The notes under the pieces were generated by a model that worked only from the letters and a program-made list of their open reading frames with translations, was not told where the DNA came from and searched no databases. Position numbers and translations under genes: made by a program. From Acidimicrobiales bacterium (GTDB lineage Bacteria > Actinomycetota > Acidimicrobiia > Acidimicrobiales > Aldehydirespiratoraceae), in assembly GCA_022425325.1 (NCBI GenBank), contig JAKMFW010000015.1:15937-79936 (forward strand): a DNA stretch of 64,000 nucleotides, written 5' to 3'. This document shows positions 35,947-45,099 of the stretch, one piece after another (position 1 is the stretch's first letter; every line of letters starts with the position of its first letter).

Positions 35947-36612
35947 ATGCGCGAGCCGATCTCCACCTACTACGGGCTGCTCCGTCGGATCCACGAGCTG
36001 CGGCGGCCCTCGCTGTACGTCGAGATCGGGGTGCACGAGGGCCACTCGTTGGCGTTCGTTCAACCCGGCACCCGCATCGTCGGGGTCGATCCCGAGCCAA
36101 AGGTGGCCGAACCTCCGCCCAATACGACAATCGTCGCCCAGACCAGTGACGATTTCTTCGCCGATCCCGAGGCTCTGGGCGGGGCAGCGATCGACCTTGC
36201 TTTCGCCGACGGCCTGCACTGGTGGGAGCAGACCCTGCGCGACGTCGCAAATCTGGAACGCCACAGCTCCCCTGACGGCGTGATTCTCATCCACGACTGC
36301 AATCCGATCGACGAGGTCACGGCGGCGCGCGAGCGCACAACAGCGGTCTGGTCGGGCGATGTCTGGAAGACCGTCGTCGCCCTTCGTCGTTTCCGACCCG
36401 ACCTGCAGGTTGTCGTCGCCGATGTCGAGCCGACCGGGCTGGCGATCGTCACCGGGCTCGATCCGACCAACACCGTCGTGTTCGACCGGTACGACGAGAT
36501 CGTCGCCGAGATCGACCGACTCGGCTGGGCGGACATCGCCGCCGCCGACCGCAGCGAGTTCCTGGGCTTGGTAGCCGGCGACTGGGCCGACCTCCGACCG
36601 CTGGTCGCCTGA
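35947..36612 (+). CDS. class I SAM-dependent methyltransferase (Methyltransf_24-like)
   Basis: Internal ATG 35947 of ORF 35743..36612. [11 protein letters not shown] (SAM motif I-like) and DLAFADGLH. Family assignment is moderate. Confidence 0.65.
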   Translation: MREPISTYYGLLRRIHELRRPSLYVEIGVHEGHSLAFVQPGTRIVGVDPEPKVAEPPPNTTIVAQTSDDFFADPEALGGAAIDLAFADGLHWWEQTLRDVANLERHSSPDGVILIHDCNPIDEVTAARERTTAVWSGDVWKTVVALRRFRPDLQVVVADVEPTGLAIVTGLDPTNTVVFDRYDEIVAEIDRLGWADIAAADRSEFLGLVAGDWADLRPLVA

Positions 36613-36691
36613 GCGTCACTCCCCCCTCACCGGCGACGATTCTTCGTCTAGCCTCCGACCGTTCCGGAGACGAACACCACAGGGGGATCCC

Positions 36692-37789
36692 ATGCCGCAG
36701 ACCGTGAAGGGCGTCATCGCCATGGAGCAGGACGCTCCGGTGACCATCGAGAACATCATCATCCCCGACCCAGGCCCGGGGGAAGCTGTTGTCGCCATCC
36801 AGGCATGCGGGGTCTGCCACACCGATCTGCACTACCGCGAGGGCGGTATCAACGACGAGTTCCCGTTCCTGCTCGGCCACGAGGCCAGTGGCGTCGTCGA
36901 AGCTGTCGGCGAGGGTGTGAGCGAGGTCGAGCCCGGCGACTTCGTGATCCTCAATTGGCGTGCTGTGTGCGGCACGTGCCGCAGCTGCCGCAAGGGCAAG
37001 CCACAGATCTGCTTCGACACCCACAACGCCACCCAGAAGATGACGCTCGAGGACGGCACCGAGCTGTCGCCGGCGCTCGGCATCGGTGCCTTCGCCGAGA
37101 AGACCCTGGTCGCTGCCGGCCAGTGCACCAAGGTCGATCCCGGGACGCGCCCGGCCGCCGCCGGCCTGCTCGGCTGTGGCGTGATGGCTGGGATCGGCGC
37201 CGCGATCAATACCGGCGGCGTCGGCCGCGGCGACAGCGTCGCCGTCTTCGGTTGTGGCGGCGTCGGCGACGCAGCCATTGCCGGTTCGAAGCTCGCAGGT
37301 GCGTCGATCATCATCGCCGTCGACATCGACGACCAGAAGCTCGAGTGGGCTACCGGTTTCGGTGCGACGCACACGATCAACTCCACCACCGAGGATCCGG
37401 TCGAGAAGATCCGCGAACTCACCGGTGGCCACGGTGTCGATGTCGCGATCGAGGCGATCGGGCTGCCCGAGGTCTATGCGCAGTGCTTCGAGGCCCGCGA
37501 CCTCGCCGGCACCGTCGTGCTCGTCGGTGTTCCTCGGCCCGACATGGAGCTGACGCTTCCGTTCCTCGACGTCTTCGGTCGAGGTGGTGCGCTCAAGTCG
37601 AGTTGGTACGGCGACTGTCTTCCGAGTCGCGACTTTCCGATGCTGATCGATCTCTACCAACAGGGCCGTCTCGATCTCGACGCCTTCGTCTCGGAGATCA
37701 TCGCCCTCGATGGTGTCGAGGAGGCCTTCCACAAGATGGAGCGGGGCGAGGTGCTCCGGTCGGTCGTCGAGATCGACGCGACACCGTGA
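36692..37789 (+). CDS. class III Zn alcohol dehydrogenase, S-(hydroxymethyl)mycothiol dehydrogenase-like
   Basis: 365 aa. [33 protein letters not shown] and FGCGGVG. AGGGGGA Shine-Dalgarno sequence upstream. Confidence 0.85.
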   Translation: MPQTVKGVIAMEQDAPVTIENIIIPDPGPGEAVVAIQACGVCHTDLHYREGGINDEFPFLLGHEASGVVEAVGEGVSEVEPGDFVILNWRAVCGTCRSCRKGKPQICFDTHNATQKMTLEDGTELSPALGIGAFAEKTLVAAGQCTKVDPGTRPAAAGLLGCGVMAGIGAAINTGGVGRGDSVAVFGCGGVGDAAIAGSKLAGASIIIAVDIDDQKLEWATGFGATHTINSTTEDPVEKIRELTGGHGVDVAIEAIGLPEVYAQCFEARDLAGTVVLVGVPRPDMELTLPFLDVFGRGGALKSSWYGDCLPSRDFPMLIDLYQQGRLDLDAFVSEIIALDGVEEAFHKMERGEVLRSVVEIDATP

Positions 37790-37799
37790 CGGCGCTCCG

Positions 37800-38228
37800 G
37801 TGACCGCCGCCGACATCGAGGCGATCCGACAACTCAAGGCACGGTACTTCCGCACCCTCGACCAGAAGGACTGGTCCGGTTATCGACAGGTCTTTGCCGA
37901 CGATGTCGAGATCGACGTGACCGACGATGCTGCCGACGGCCGCTACACGGGAACCGAGATCTACCTTCCGATGATCGAGTCGTTGCTCGGCACGGCGACA
38001 ACGGTGCACCGCGGTGGGCAGGCCGAGATCACCGTCGACGACGACACCGCCAGCGGCATCTGGGCGATGGACGACCGGATCTGGTTCCCCGGCGGGGCCA
38101 CCCTCGTCGGATCCGGCTGGTACGAGGAGACCTACCGACGCACCACCGACGGCTGGTTGATCGCCACCATGCGATTGCGCCGGCATCGGGTCGAACTCGA
38201 CGGGGTCGTGATTTTCCCGCGGAACTGA
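37800..38228 (+). CDS. NTF2/SnoaL-like fold protein
   Basis: 3' part of ORF 37710..38228, starting at GTG 37800. AADIEAIRQLKARYFRTLDQKDW is the typical SnoaL_4 N-terminus, and ...WLIATMRL is the typical C-terminal strand. Confidence 0.6.
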   Translation: MTAADIEAIRQLKARYFRTLDQKDWSGYRQVFADDVEIDVTDDAADGRYTGTEIYLPMIESLLGTATTVHRGGQAEITVDDDTASGIWAMDDRIWFPGGATLVGSGWYEETYRRTTDGWLIATMRLRRHRVELDGVVIFPRN

Positions 38229-38231
38229 GCG

Positions 38232-39698
38232 TCAGATCGTGAACGTTCGGCCCTCGACCGCAACCCGGGCGCCGATCAGGTCCTCCTGCGTGGCCCGAGC
38301 AGCCAACGCCTCGTCATCGCATGCGGCGACGGCCCGCTTCCCGCTGTCGAGATCGATGACCGCCGAAACCCGGGGGCCGGCGGTCGTGTAGGTGGCGATC
38401 ACCCCTGCACCGTGCGGGTCCTCGTCGAGCGGCGCGACATCGGTCGAGGCTTGGACATCGGCGACGAGATCGGATGGCGTGCATCGAACGCTGGGTTCCG
38501 TTCCCCACACGGTGAGGCCCGGCTTGGTGAGCAGCCCACTGACGGCGGTGACCAAGCCCCGCTCCCCCAGCCGCTCGCGCAGGCACTCGACCATCGCGAC
38601 CGTGGCTTGGAAGACGAAGTTGTTGAACGGGCCACCGGCGAACGGCATTCCACCCGTGATGGTGGCCGTCGCATCGGGGTCGAGTCCGAGTTCGGCCTGC
38701 TGCACCCGGACGGCGGCCGGGAAACACGAGTAGAGCTCGACGTGTTCGATTGCGGTGAGCGGCTCACCCAGCTGCGCCTCGGCCACTCGGCCGAGCACAC
38801 CCATCGCCGGCCATCGATGCAGATCGGCCCGACGGCTGAGCGACAGCGACTGCGACGACTCGAGCGCAACGAGCGGATAGACGGAACGATCAGGGGCGAT
38901 TCCGGCCAGTTCTGCGGTGGCGGTCGACGTGATGAGAATCGCGGCAGCCTGATCGACCCCCCACTGACTGTTGTGCCACTTGTTGTACGGGAACGCGAGC
39001 ATTCGGTTGGCTTCGCCGGGTTCACGGATCCATGCCGCCGAACGAGCTTCCGGGAAGGCCGCCTTCGGATTGGCGCGTGCGACCTCGTTGAACGATTCCC
39101 ACACGGCAGCGATGTCGTCCCGGTGCTCGTCGAGGGTCCACTCCGCCGCGGCTCGCCGAGCCGAGTCGATGAGCGCGTACTGCTGCACGGGGGCGACCGC
39201 GCCGATGTCGATCTCGGGGCGGGCGACAATCTCACCCTCGGGTGCGATCAGTTCGTCGTCACCGCGCTCGAACACATCGAGCGGCGGCAACTCGACTCCC
39301 GCCCGACGGGCAAGATCGTCACGCCGCTTGGTCTCACCGCCGACGATCAGCGCCGCGCGGACCGATCCGTCGAGGACGGCCTCGATCGCCCGATTGATGA
39401 GCGCCTGTTGGGGAATCCCCACCTGGTAGGTGACGACCTGCGCATCGGGAGCACCGACGGCATGGGCCACTCGGCCGGCGGCGTCGGTGAGCATCGACAG
39501 GCCCTGCGTGGCCAGCACGAGGTCGACCATCGAGGCAATCGAGTCGCTGCCGGTGTCGACGACCGCAGCACGAGCGGCCTCGCACATGAGTGCGGCACAG
39601 TCGACACCCTCACCGGGCTCGGTCGGCCATTGCTCCGCCGTCGCCACCCCGACGGCGACGGGATACGACCCGGCGAGATCCTCCGTGCTGATCGCCAT
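38232..39698 (-). CDS. thiolase-like protein (SCP-x/lipid-transfer-type, non-canonical)
   Basis: 488 aa. Thiolase-fold C-terminal blocks (ELYSCFPAAV, GGMPFAGGPFNN) plus a C-terminal extension of about 80 aa. The start overlaps the upstream stop by 1 nt. Confidence 0.75.
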   Translation of the reverse strand: MAISTEDLAGSYPVAVGVATAEQWPTEPGEGVDCAALMCEAARAAVVDTGSDSIASMVDLVLATQGLSMLTDAAGRVAHAVGAPDAQVVTYQVGIPQQALINRAIEAVLDGSVRAALIVGGETKRRDDLARRAGVELPPLDVFERGDDELIAPEGEIVARPEIDIGAVAPVQQYALIDSARRAAAEWTLDEHRDDIAAVWESFNEVARANPKAAFPEARSAAWIREPGEANRMLAFPYNKWHNSQWGVDQAAAILITSTATAELAGIAPDRSVYPLVALESSQSLSLSRRADLHRWPAMGVLGRVAEAQLGEPLTAIEHVELYSCFPAAVRVQQAELGLDPDATATITGGMPFAGGPFNNFVFQATVAMVECLRERLGERGLVTAVSGLLTKPGLTVWGTEPSVRCTPSDLVADVQASTDVAPLDEDPHGAGVIATYTTAGPRVSAVIDLDSGKRAVAACDDEALAARATQEDLIGARVAVEGRTFTI

Positions 39699-40315
39699 CA
39701 GGCCGGTCGGGTGAGGTCGAACAGGTCGGTGGCGTGGGAGTACCAGTTGCCGGCGTGGCGGCCGACCGCCCGCAGCTCGGACTGGTCGACGCGAGTGCCG
39801 TCGAGGACTCGATCGGCAACGTGCACCACGACAACTTCACCGATGACGAGATCGTTGCCACCTCCGGCGCGTCCGACGTGCACGATGTCGACGACGATGC
39901 ACTCCATCGTGGCGGTCGCCTCCGCAACGCGAGGCGGACGGATGCGTTCCGACGCCAGCTTGGTCAACCCGGCGTGCTCGAATTCGTCCTCCTCGGGCGG
40001 CAGTGTCGCAGCGGTGTCGTTCATCGCTGCGACGGTCTCGGCCGTGACGATGTTGACCGTGAACTCCGGTACCTGCTTCACGTTGGCGAGCGAGTCCTTG
40101 TCACCGCCGCCGACGGAACCGGGAGAGAAGGCAACGTGCATCGGGTCGTTGCCGATCAGGTTGAAGAACGAATAGGGCGCGAGGTTCGCGACGCCATCGG
40201 CCGAGATCGAGCCGATCCACCCGATGGGCCGCGGAACGATCAGGCCCGAGCACAGCTTGTAGGCATCGTGCGCAGCGATCTCGTCGGTGAAGAAGGTCGT
40301 CGAGGCGTCAAACAT
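39698..40315 (-). CDS. flavin reductase (FMN-binding split-barrel)
   Basis: 205 aa. VPRPIGWIGSISADGVANLAPYSFFN is the typical flavin-reductase-like-domain N-terminal block. Confidence 0.85.
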   Translation of the reverse strand: MFDASTTFFTDEIAAHDAYKLCSGLIVPRPIGWIGSISADGVANLAPYSFFNLIGNDPMHVAFSPGSVGGGDKDSLANVKQVPEFTVNIVTAETVAAMNDTAATLPPEEDEFEHAGLTKLASERIRPPRVAEATATMECIVVDIVHVGRAGGGNDLVIGEVVVVHVADRVLDGTRVDQSELRAVGRHAGNWYSHATDLFDLTRPA

Positions 40316-40320
40316 GGCTG

Positions 40321-40354
40321 AATTGTGCGACTCCAGCGTCCACTTGTCACAATT
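40321..40354. promoter_or_regulatory. inverted repeat AATTGTG-N20-CACAATT supplying mirror-image -10 boxes for divergent leaderless genes
   Basis: On each strand, CACAAT lies 6 nt before the start codon (ATG 40360 on + and ATG 40315 on -). The intergenic region is only 44 nt and is AT-richer than its surroundings. Confidence 0.4.
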
Positions 40355-40359
40355 GGCCC

Positions 40360-41484
40360 ATGACCGCCCTGCTCGACGCTGCCCGTGACCTGTTCGAAAC
40401 CCTCGACGCCGAGGCCGCGATCGCCGAGGAAGCTGGCACTCCGATGACCGATCGCGCCGTGGCTCTGTGTCGAGACGCCGGGTTGTACGGGACGATGATC
40501 GCCCGCGATGCCGGTGGCGCCGAGCTGACGATCGGCGAGAGCCTCGACGTCTTCAAGGAACTGGCCCGAGCGGACGGCTCGACCGGTTGGGTCGTCATGG
40601 CATCGTCAACTGCTGCCGCCTACTTCTCGGCGTTCTGCCCCGATTCGTTCGTCCAGCAGGCGTTCGGTGACGGCCCGTCGCCGCTGGTGGCCGGCCAGTT
40701 CGCCCCGAACGGCGTGGCCGTGCCCGACGGCGACACGTACGCCATCACCGGCTCGTACAACTTCGGCAGCGGCATCGAGCACGCTGACTGGGTCGGCTGC
40801 GGTTCGTTCACCGCCCCGACAGACGGCACGCCGGCCGATTACATGTTCGCCGTCGTTCCCAAAGAGGAAGCCGACATCACCGGCAACTGGGACGTCCTCG
40901 GGCTCCGGGCGACCGCCAGCTACGACTACTCGATCGACTCGACCGTCCCGGCCGACCGGACCTTCAGCTTCGGTGGCCACACCCGTCATCGGGGTGGCCC
41001 GATGTACGACCTCGGTGTGTTGTGCCTCACCGAGGTCGGCCATGCCGGTTGGGTGCTTGGTGTCCTGCGGCGAGCCATCGACGAGGCGGCCCTGATCGCC
41101 CGCTCGAAACAGCGCATGACCGGCAAGACCACACTCGCCGACGATCCCCGTTTCCAGTACGACCTGGCGATGGCCGAATCGACACTCCAGTCCGGCGAGC
41201 TGTGGATTCGCGACGCGTTCCACCGAGCCGAGCAGCACGCCATCGCCGGCGGCGGCATCGACCCGGCGATCGACAACGACGTTCGCCAGTCGACGACCTT
41301 CCTCACCCAGCGTGCGTGCCGCGTCGTGCAGGATCTCTACCTGCACATCGGCACGACCGCGCTGCGCGACGGGCCGTTCCAGCGCTGCTTCCGCGACCTG
41401 CATGCAGGCAGTCAGCACGCGATGGTGAGCCCGGCGCACACCTTCGAGTTCGCAGGCCGGCTCCTCGCCGAGCCTGAGGCTTAA
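40360..41484 (+). CDS. acyl-CoA dehydrogenase-fold protein, probable oxygenase partner of the divergent flavin reductase
   Basis: 374 aa with the ACAD-type three-domain layout (ITGSYNFGSGIEHADW..., C-terminal helical part). The pairing with the reductase is an inference from gene context. Confidence 0.75.
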   Translation: MTALLDAARDLFETLDAEAAIAEEAGTPMTDRAVALCRDAGLYGTMIARDAGGAELTIGESLDVFKELARADGSTGWVVMASSTAAAYFSAFCPDSFVQQAFGDGPSPLVAGQFAPNGVAVPDGDTYAITGSYNFGSGIEHADWVGCGSFTAPTDGTPADYMFAVVPKEEADITGNWDVLGLRATASYDYSIDSTVPADRTFSFGGHTRHRGGPMYDLGVLCLTEVGHAGWVLGVLRRAIDEAALIARSKQRMTGKTTLADDPRFQYDLAMAESTLQSGELWIRDAFHRAEQHAIAGGGIDPAIDNDVRQSTTFLTQRACRVVQDLYLHIGTTALRDGPFQRCFRDLHAGSQHAMVSPAHTFEFAGRLLAEPEA

Positions 41485-44048
41485 CCTTCGGCGCCGACCT
41501 TGTCGTCGAGCTTGGCAATCACCCGCTGCATCATCTCGCGAGCGACCATCGGCCCGGCGTTCTGGTTCTGACCGGTGATGAGGTCGCCGTCGACCGCGAC
41601 ATGGTTGGCGAAGGCATCGCGGCGCTTGTGGCGGGTCGACTCGAACAACGCCCCGGCGTTGCGCAGCTCCCGCTCCGGGTGCTGCGGGGTGTGGCTGATG
41701 CCGAGTTGCTTCACCTGACGGTCGGTGACGGCGGTGAGGCGACGTCCTTCGACGAACAAGGTGCCGTCGGGGTTCGTGGCCTGAAGGAGTCCGAGCGGTC
41801 CGTGGCACACGCCACCGATGACTGCGTCATTGGCGATCGCAGCCGAGGCTTGCTCGCCGACGACCTCGGAACGGCCGAGATCCCAGGCCGCACCCCAACC
41901 GCCGGCGAAGAAGACGATGTCGTACGTCGACATGTCGAGATCGCCGATGGCGAGCGAGTTCTCGCAGAGGTCCTGCAGGACCGGGTCGTCGAGGTAACGG
42001 TCGTCTTCGGTGGTGCGAATCGGGGGGCGGAACGATGTCGGGTCGAACGGGATGTCGCCCCCGCGAGGTGACGCCACGTCGACCTCCATGCCGGCGTCAA
42101 GGAAGGCGTAGTACGGCACGGTGAGTTCGGAGCCGAACACCCCCGTGGCCTTCCCGGGCTTGAGCGTGCCGTGGTTGGTGGCCACGACGAGCGCCCTACG
42201 CCCGGCAACACCCGACAGATCAACGCCGGTGACATCGTCGTCGGGGTGCATGCCCGCCTTCTGCAGCGCCTTGCGCAGGCGGAGGACCGGTCGTGGAGGT
42301 GTCTTCATCTTGGGGGTCTTTCGTTCGGGCCGCTGGACGTAGGGCCACGGGATGTTGCGTTCGTGAACCTTTTCGCTGCGGGTGGTGGTGAGCGTCTGCT
42401 GCAACGCGGTGAGCAGATCGGCGTGCGCCGGATCGATGGCGAGGTTGAGGGCCTCGATCGGATCGGCGTCGAGGTCGTAGAGCTCCCACTGATCGGGGAT
42501 CGGGTCGGTGCGAAACGCAGGGCCGGCCGGGCTGCGCACCGAGAGGTGACGCACGTGCGGATCGGTCCAGGTGGCCGGGTCATCGAAGGTGCGAGCGATC
42601 TTGTAGAGCGTGCCCTCGTGTTCGACGACGACGCCCTCGACGTTGGTCGCAGCATGGGCCGGGATCCGGATCTGCAGCGGGAACGCCGGTTCAAGCCGAC
42701 CACGGGCACGAGCCATCGCGCTCGCGGAACCGTCGCCTTCGAGCATGTTGTCGCGGGTGATCAGATAGATCGGCTGGCCTTCCGGCGCGTCTCCCGGCGA
42801 TGCGACCAGGCCGCTGAGATCACGCCCGGGGAGCGGGTGCACCTCGCTGTGGGTCTGCGTGAGCGTCTCGGCGAGTTCGGCCTCGTTGGCACCGGCGAGG
42901 CCAAGCAGGGTCGGCAGCAGGTCGATATGGCTGGTCGGTGTGCGCTCGATCGATGCTCCGACAGACGCCTGGGCTCCGACCCGAGCGATCTGGAACGGCA
43001 CTCGGACGGCCTCGTCGTAGAGCTGGTACCACTTCTGGTGCAGTCCGCCGTGCGAGCCGAGGAGGTCGCCGTGATCGGCGCTGAACACGAGCACGGCATC
43101 GTCGGCGTTGTCGGTGACGGCTTTGCGGACCCGATCGATCGGGCCGTCGACGTCGTGATGGAAGCGGTAGTAGAGCTCCCGGTACTCGGCCGCGTTTCTC
43201 TCGTACGCGCCCTTGACGAGTCGGGTGACCGCGTAACCCGAGTAGTACGCGTCTCGGTAGGCGCTGTGGAGCGCAGGCTTGCTCGAGAGATCCTCGTCGT
43301 CGGTGGGGGACGGCGGGATCGTCGGCGGCGGGGCGATCGACGGCGGGTAGGTCTTGCCCTGCCGCATGAAGCGCGGGAACAGCACGATGTCGTGCGGGTT
43401 GACGAAGCAGCACATGAGGAGGAACGGCTTCAGCGCTTCCTCATCGCCGGCTGCGCGGCGGGCGTACCGGTCCTCGAGCCATGCGACGGTGCGGTCGGCG
43501 TACAGCGGGTCGCGGATGTAGCCCGTGTTGGCGATATCGGCGCCGTGGGGTTCGGGCCCGACCCAGCCGCTGAAGCCGAACTCGCCGAGCGGGTCGGCAT
43601 CGAGGTACGCCTGCACAGCCTCGGGGAAGACGTGGCCATCACCCGAGTTGGTCGGCACCGGCTTGCCGTTCTTCATGAGGTCGGCGTGGCTGACATGCCA
43701 TTTGCCGTCGTAGTGGGTGTCGTAACCCGCGGCCCGGAACCAGTTGCCGATCGTGGGGACCTCACCCGGGCGCAGCCACCGCATGCGGGTGTCGTCGTGG
43801 AGTTTGCCGAGACCGTCGGTCTGGGTGACGCCGTGCACTTCGGGGTACTGGCCGGTGAGCAGCGACGGGCGACTCGGCACGCACGCGGTCGAGGCGACAT
43901 AGTGCCGCTCGAAGCTCACACCGTTGTCGGCGAACCAGGCACGGGCGGGCAGGTGCTCGTTGCGCCAGGCTCGAATCTCGTCGTTCTCGTAGCTCGGAGC
44001 GGCGCGCTCTTCGTCGGTGAGGATGATGATCAGGTCGGGACGGCTCAT
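41481..44048 (-). CDS. sulfatase (CxPxR formylglycine type) fused to a C-terminal DJ-1/PfpI domain
   Basis: ORF 41481..44219. ATG 44048 (MSRPDLIIILTDEERA). STACVPSRPSLLTG is the C-x-P-x-R motif. The C-terminal 239 aa (about 41484-42200) carry the DJ-1 nucleophile elbow IGGVCHGPLGL and ITGQN. One uninterrupted frame. Confidence 0.8.
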   Translation of the reverse strand: MSRPDLIIILTDEERAAPSYENDEIRAWRNEHLPARAWFADNGVSFERHYVASTACVPSRPSLLTGQYPEVHGVTQTDGLGKLHDDTRMRWLRPGEVPTIGNWFRAAGYDTHYDGKWHVSHADLMKNGKPVPTNSGDGHVFPEAVQAYLDADPLGEFGFSGWVGPEPHGADIANTGYIRDPLYADRTVAWLEDRYARRAAGDEEALKPFLLMCCFVNPHDIVLFPRFMRQGKTYPPSIAPPPTIPPSPTDDEDLSSKPALHSAYRDAYYSGYAVTRLVKGAYERNAAEYRELYYRFHHDVDGPIDRVRKAVTDNADDAVLVFSADHGDLLGSHGGLHQKWYQLYDEAVRVPFQIARVGAQASVGASIERTPTSHIDLLPTLLGLAGANEAELAETLTQTHSEVHPLPGRDLSGLVASPGDAPEGQPIYLITRDNMLEGDGSASAMARARGRLEPAFPLQIRIPAHAATNVEGVVVEHEGTLYKIARTFDDPATWTDPHVRHLSVRSPAGPAFRTDPIPDQWELYDLDADPIEALNLAIDPAHADLLTALQQTLTTTRSEKVHERNIPWPYVQRPERKTPKMKTPPRPVLRLRKALQKAGMHPDDDVTGVDLSGVAGRRALVVATNHGTLKPGKATGVFGSELTVPYYAFLDAGMEVDVASPRGGDIPFDPTSFRPPIRTTEDDRYLDDPVLQDLCENSLAIGDLDMSTYDIVFFAGGWGAAWDLGRSEVVGEQASAAIANDAVIGGVCHGPLGLLQATNPDGTLFVEGRRLTAVTDRQVKQLGISHTPQHPERELRNAGALFESTRHKRRDAFANHVAVDGDLITGQNQNAGPMVAREMMQRVIAKLDDKVGAEG

Positions 44049-44491
44049 GAGCTTTCCTTCTCGGAGCGGGCGACGAGGTCGTTGACGAGCGACGCGTTGG
44101 TTCGCCCGATCAACCGAGCGGCAGCTTTGGCGGCAAGCTTCATCGGCGGCCGTGGGCCGGGTTCGATGCTGGCGGTAAGTTCGATCGAGGTGCCGGCGCC
44201 GCGGGCCACCAGCACCCATCGGTTCTGCACGCTGCGCAGGGCCTTGGGGAGACCGAGGATCTCGTAGGCCATCACCTCATTCGGTGCCCACTCGACGATC
44301 TCCTCGAGCAGGACGTTGGATCCCACGACGACCCGACGGCGAGCGTCGGGCCCGGCCGGCGCAGCGGTCATGGCACTGCAGTGGTTGATGGCCGACGCCC
44401 AGGTGTGCAGCTGGAAATAGTCGCCGAGCACCGACCACACAACCTCGGGCGACGCAGACGAATAGCCGGCCTTGACGACGTGCTCGGTCAC
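44045..44491 (-). CDS. SRPBCC (START/polyketide-cyclase-like) ligand-binding protein
   Basis: 148 aa. SPEVVWSVLGDYFQLHTW... is a typical SRPBCC N-terminus. GTGA overlap upstream and ATGA overlap downstream. Confidence 0.7.
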   Translation of the reverse strand: MTEHVVKAGYSSASPEVVWSVLGDYFQLHTWASAINHCSAMTAAPAGPDARRRVVVGSNVLLEEIVEWAPNEVMAYEILGLPKALRSVQNRWVLVARGAGTSIELTASIEPGPRPPMKLAAKAAARLIGRTNASLVNDLVARSEKESS

Positions 44492-45099
44492 GATGTCTCC
44501 GGCGCGAGCAGGCGCGACAGGGCAGCCACCAATGCCGCTCGTGTCGCCGACTTCGAGAGTCGCTGGTGGAACCGCAGTGTCTCGATCGCCTCAAAAGTCA
44601 GCACCATGGTCATGGCGTTGGTGAGCGCGTCGGCCTCTTCGGTGGGAAGCGCGTCGAGGTCGGAGCGAAAATGGGCCCAGGCCTGGCGACGGAGCCGCGA
44701 CCGGTTGCGCGTGAGGTTGTCCATCAAGACGTCGCTGCGCAGAGCGTGCATGCGTCCGACGCGAGCGACCGGCGCCACCCGCTCGTAGAGGTCGAACCGG
44801 TGGTCGACGAACTGCTCGATTCGCCCCGCCCGATCGCCTGCGGGCTCGGCGTCGAACTGAAGGAAGGGCTCCAACATCGCGTGATGGCGTTCGATGGCGA
44901 CGCGATACAGCTCTTCGAGATCCTGGAAGTAGCGAAAGACACTGCGATGCGAGACGCCCGAGCGATCGGCGATCTCGTCGAGCGATGGCGAGACGTTGCC
45001 TTCTTGGTACAGCGACAAGATGGCGTCGACGACCGTCTCCCGGTTGCGGTCGCGACGAGCGCGGCGCCCGTCGATGCTGGCGAGTTCTCCCGAGCTCAT
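44488..45099 (-). CDS. TetR-family transcriptional regulator
   Basis: ORF 44488..45519. ATG 45099. HTH region RNRETVVDAILSLYQEGNVSPSLDEIADRSGVSHRSVFRYF. ATGA overlap with the upstream gene. Confidence 0.88.
   Translation of the reverse strand: MSSGELASIDGRRARRDRNRETVVDAILSLYQEGNVSPSLDEIADRSGVSHRSVFRYFQDLEELYRVAIERHHAMLEPFLQFDAEPAGDRAGRIEQFVDHRFDLYERVAPVARVGRMHALRSDVLMDNLTRNRSRLRRQAWAHFRSDLDALPTEEADALTNAMTMVLTFEAIETLRFHQRLSKSATRAALVAALSRLLAPETS

Noticed and set aside
41481-44219. N-terminal extensions offered by the ORF track: 41481..44219, 30768..32945, 57146..59344, 21951..23507, 19871..21271, 54162..55241, 51943..52803, 44488..45519, 5448..6494.
   Set aside because: The extensions overlap neighbouring genes, lack similarity to the family N-termini, and in several cases run through an upstream gene. 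Internal starts restore canonical N-termini and the ATGA/GTGA coupling or TANNNT geometry.
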